A DNA stretch of 64,000 bases from Bugula neritina (taxonomy: Eukaryota > Animalia > Bryozoa). Location: assembly GCA_964035545.1 (NCBI GenBank), contig OZ037766.1, positions 12,328,722-12,392,721 on the forward strand, read 5' to 3'. The notes under the pieces are model-generated. The model was given only the letters and a program-made list of their open reading frames with translations, was not told the DNA's origin and did not search any database. Position numbers and translations under genes: made by a program. Positions 61,427 to 64,000 of this stretch are shown piece by piece. How positions within the stretch are numbered: the first letter of the stretch is position 1; the number at the start of each line of letters is the position of its first letter.

Positions 61427-64000
61427 CTCGTTTTTGCAAGTTTGCTGATAATCGGTTGCTTGAGAGCATACTAAGAATATGATAAAACTTAAAATGTGTT
61501 TCTTTTCAGATAGTATTAGTATAGGATATCGGAAATAAAATTACAAATTAAATCCTGTGTCAAAGTGATTGAATGTGATGATCAAAATTTGTCCGTGGCT
61601 TTGCAAGCTACGACTGTTCAACAAATCAAATCAGCGAATTGGTTAGTCTTAGAACCTAGATTTTTCTGAAATGAATTTACCTCCCCAACAAAACAAATTA
61701 AACGTCTGAAGTAGTTATCTGTCCTCTACAAATATCACTTTACTTGACCATATTTCGAGCTTGCGTGAAGTTTGTCTACCTGTCCCAACCTGCAACGTTT
61801 TAAAAAAAGACAACTCCAAGTATTTTTCAGAACTGTCTGTCAATTGTTGCTGCTGAATCTATCAAATCTTGTATGAGAAACATATTATTATTATGGCATA
61901 ATAATTTCTGGGTAGAAACTATTTCTTATTTTTCATATTAGAGGAGATCAACAGTTGTATAATTATTGACCCGTTTTTCATTACGTATGAAATATATATT
62001 AGAAAAAGTAATTCCTTCAGACTTTTCTCCACGGAAAGTAATTTTTAGTGAACAAGCCATGTGTGGTTATTTTGCCATTATTACTTATAGCAATTTTTGT
62101 CATAATATATAAATTACACATATAGCACAATAATTGCTATAGTTGCTTTTTATTGTGAAATCACTTGAAAATAGCTTGCCTGAACCCAATAAACTTTCTA
62201 AAGAGAGGAAAACCATTAAATGTTGAGGCAGAAGTTCACAACTCTGCTAGCTAGTGATCCTATTTCAAAAACATTTAAAAAATCACATTTGGAAAAGATG
62301 TTTTAAATCACTCATGTAATGCTGTCAAAATATTATTCCAACATAGAAGAGTTGTGAATTGTGATGCAACAGTTTTTGTTGTAAGTAGCCAGTTAATTGT
62401 GATGTCATACAACAATGGTATCTTAAAGTGTAATTACTAAAAAGTTGGAGTCAATATCAATTTAGACATGTAGTTTTCTGCATGCAAATAATTGTTTCAA
62501 TTTGCATGTTATTACAGAAAAAAAACATGAAAGATTAAATTGTTTCTAACACAACACAAAACATATGACCCAACAATTGTATGGTGAGTATAATTTAAAA
62601 ACAATATATTTTAGTTGCAGTAACTAATTAAGTTATTCCCAGCATATTTTTACGAATATTTTTCATTAAATAATAGAATATAAAATAATTTTATTTCACA
62701 TATCGTATGCAGTATAAGTTTTGTAGAATCCCTATTAAAAAGTCTCAGATGCAAACATGCAGCAACAATGTTTAAGTTTAAAATTGACTTGAGCTGAGAG
62801 TCAACACTGGGTTGAAAAGGTCAAACCTAAAACTTTGTAAGTCGCCTATGCCAAGTAGTACCAAATAAGAGAGTTTATATGCTTATACCTGTTCAGTTTA
62901 TGTAATCAGGAGTCTCGAGAGTTTGAGATATTATATATGAACTATTTTCTAATCAACTTCAATGTTACACAACACATTAAAACTCTCATTTTAGAGTTTA
63001 CTTCTATTAAAAGCTTACCTATAAAATTTTAATTCTGCAGCTGCATAAAAAGAGAAATAAACATTTACAATTTTGCAAAGGTTAACAAACTTTAAAATAA
63101 ACTTAACGGTTTAGGGTTTAAATTTAAGAGTAAAGCTTTCTGGTTTTTTAACTACAACAGTTAGTTGCAAATCCTCCTTTTTTATAAAATTCTTAAAATA
63201 TTAGTCATAAAAAAAAACACTGCAAGTTCATGTGTTAAAGTCTACAGTGGATAGAACCTTTAAAAATACTTCAACCTATAGACTACAGCTGCAAAGAGTT
63301 TGTCTCAACAAACTCACAGCAATAATTTTTGCTCAGAATATTAGCAAAATTAGTTACAGCATATTTCATATTATTGAGCAAATATTGTAGGCCGGCCTGT
63401 TAGTAAATTACTTTTCTTTTAAGTGGGGGCAATAACAATAATATGATCAACTTTATTTATACAAACTAAATTGCAAACTAATTTAATATCTCTATAATTG
63501 TATAGTAAGAATATTATTAAACTACGACATTATGTCACAAAGAGACTAAGAGACCTTTCTAATGTGAGCATTCTTTACGTTATGCTATGAGCACGTATTT
63601 ACTTTACGCAATGCTTAAATCCAATCAGAATTTAAAATTTTGAATTACTGACGCACTTGAGGATGCTCACAGAAATTAACTCAAATTTAGTGATATTGAA
63701 TTGGCCTCGCAAGGTTAGTTCTTAAATGTTAATTGTCCGCTATTTAGATCTCTTTTTGTATCTGTCTACTTTATTTTCGTTGATTTTTTTATTTTTTGTA
63801 GTCCTGATTGCTAATAGTAATAGCAATACTAATAGTTAAATCTTAAACATTATATTAATTACAGCATTGGACACTTCATGGTTGTACACTCCTTGATTAC
63901 AAAAACTGATTCACCAACTCTTTTAAAGTGGTAGATAACCTTGATACATTTTACATAGTTCATATACCTATTATTTAAATATAAGTGCTCTGATTGGACA

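Noticed and set aside
61430-64000. Promoter motifs (CCAAT/ATTGG and TGACG-like words) or a neighbouring gene
   Set aside because: Short motifs are expected by chance; no ORF or convincing exon; the transcription start cannot be placed from sequence alone

Overview
The window is AT-rich animal (invertebrate-like) genomic DNA, almost entirely occupied by one minus-strand, multi-exon giant ankyrin gene of the ANK1/2/3, Drosophila Ank2, C. elegans unc-44 family. Tracing GT-AG splice sites by hand gives about 64 phase-compatible coding exons from an ATG at 61426 to beyond the left edge: 20,421 nt, or at least 6,800 aa if all exons are used. The order is 24 ANK repeats, a greatly expanded linker (~1,850 aa), ZU5A-ZU5B-UPA, death domain, an acidic tail with a 1.77-kb 11-aa-repeat exon, and a giant exon of at least 7.8 kb of EEPDQTVA repeats. 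The ORF track misses that giant exon because it has no stop in the window. The most unusual element is an 18-exon, ~946-aa block of diverged ~59-aa/~32-aa 'GPDG' beta-hairpin-like repeats between the ANK repeats and ZU5, which is not part of canonical ankyrin architecture and could be skipped in frame. Also seen are candidate neural-type microexons, alternative first and terminal exons, phosphotyrosine-motif clusters and intronic tRNA-derived SINE-like copies. All exon boundaries were read by eye and need RNA-seq confirmation.
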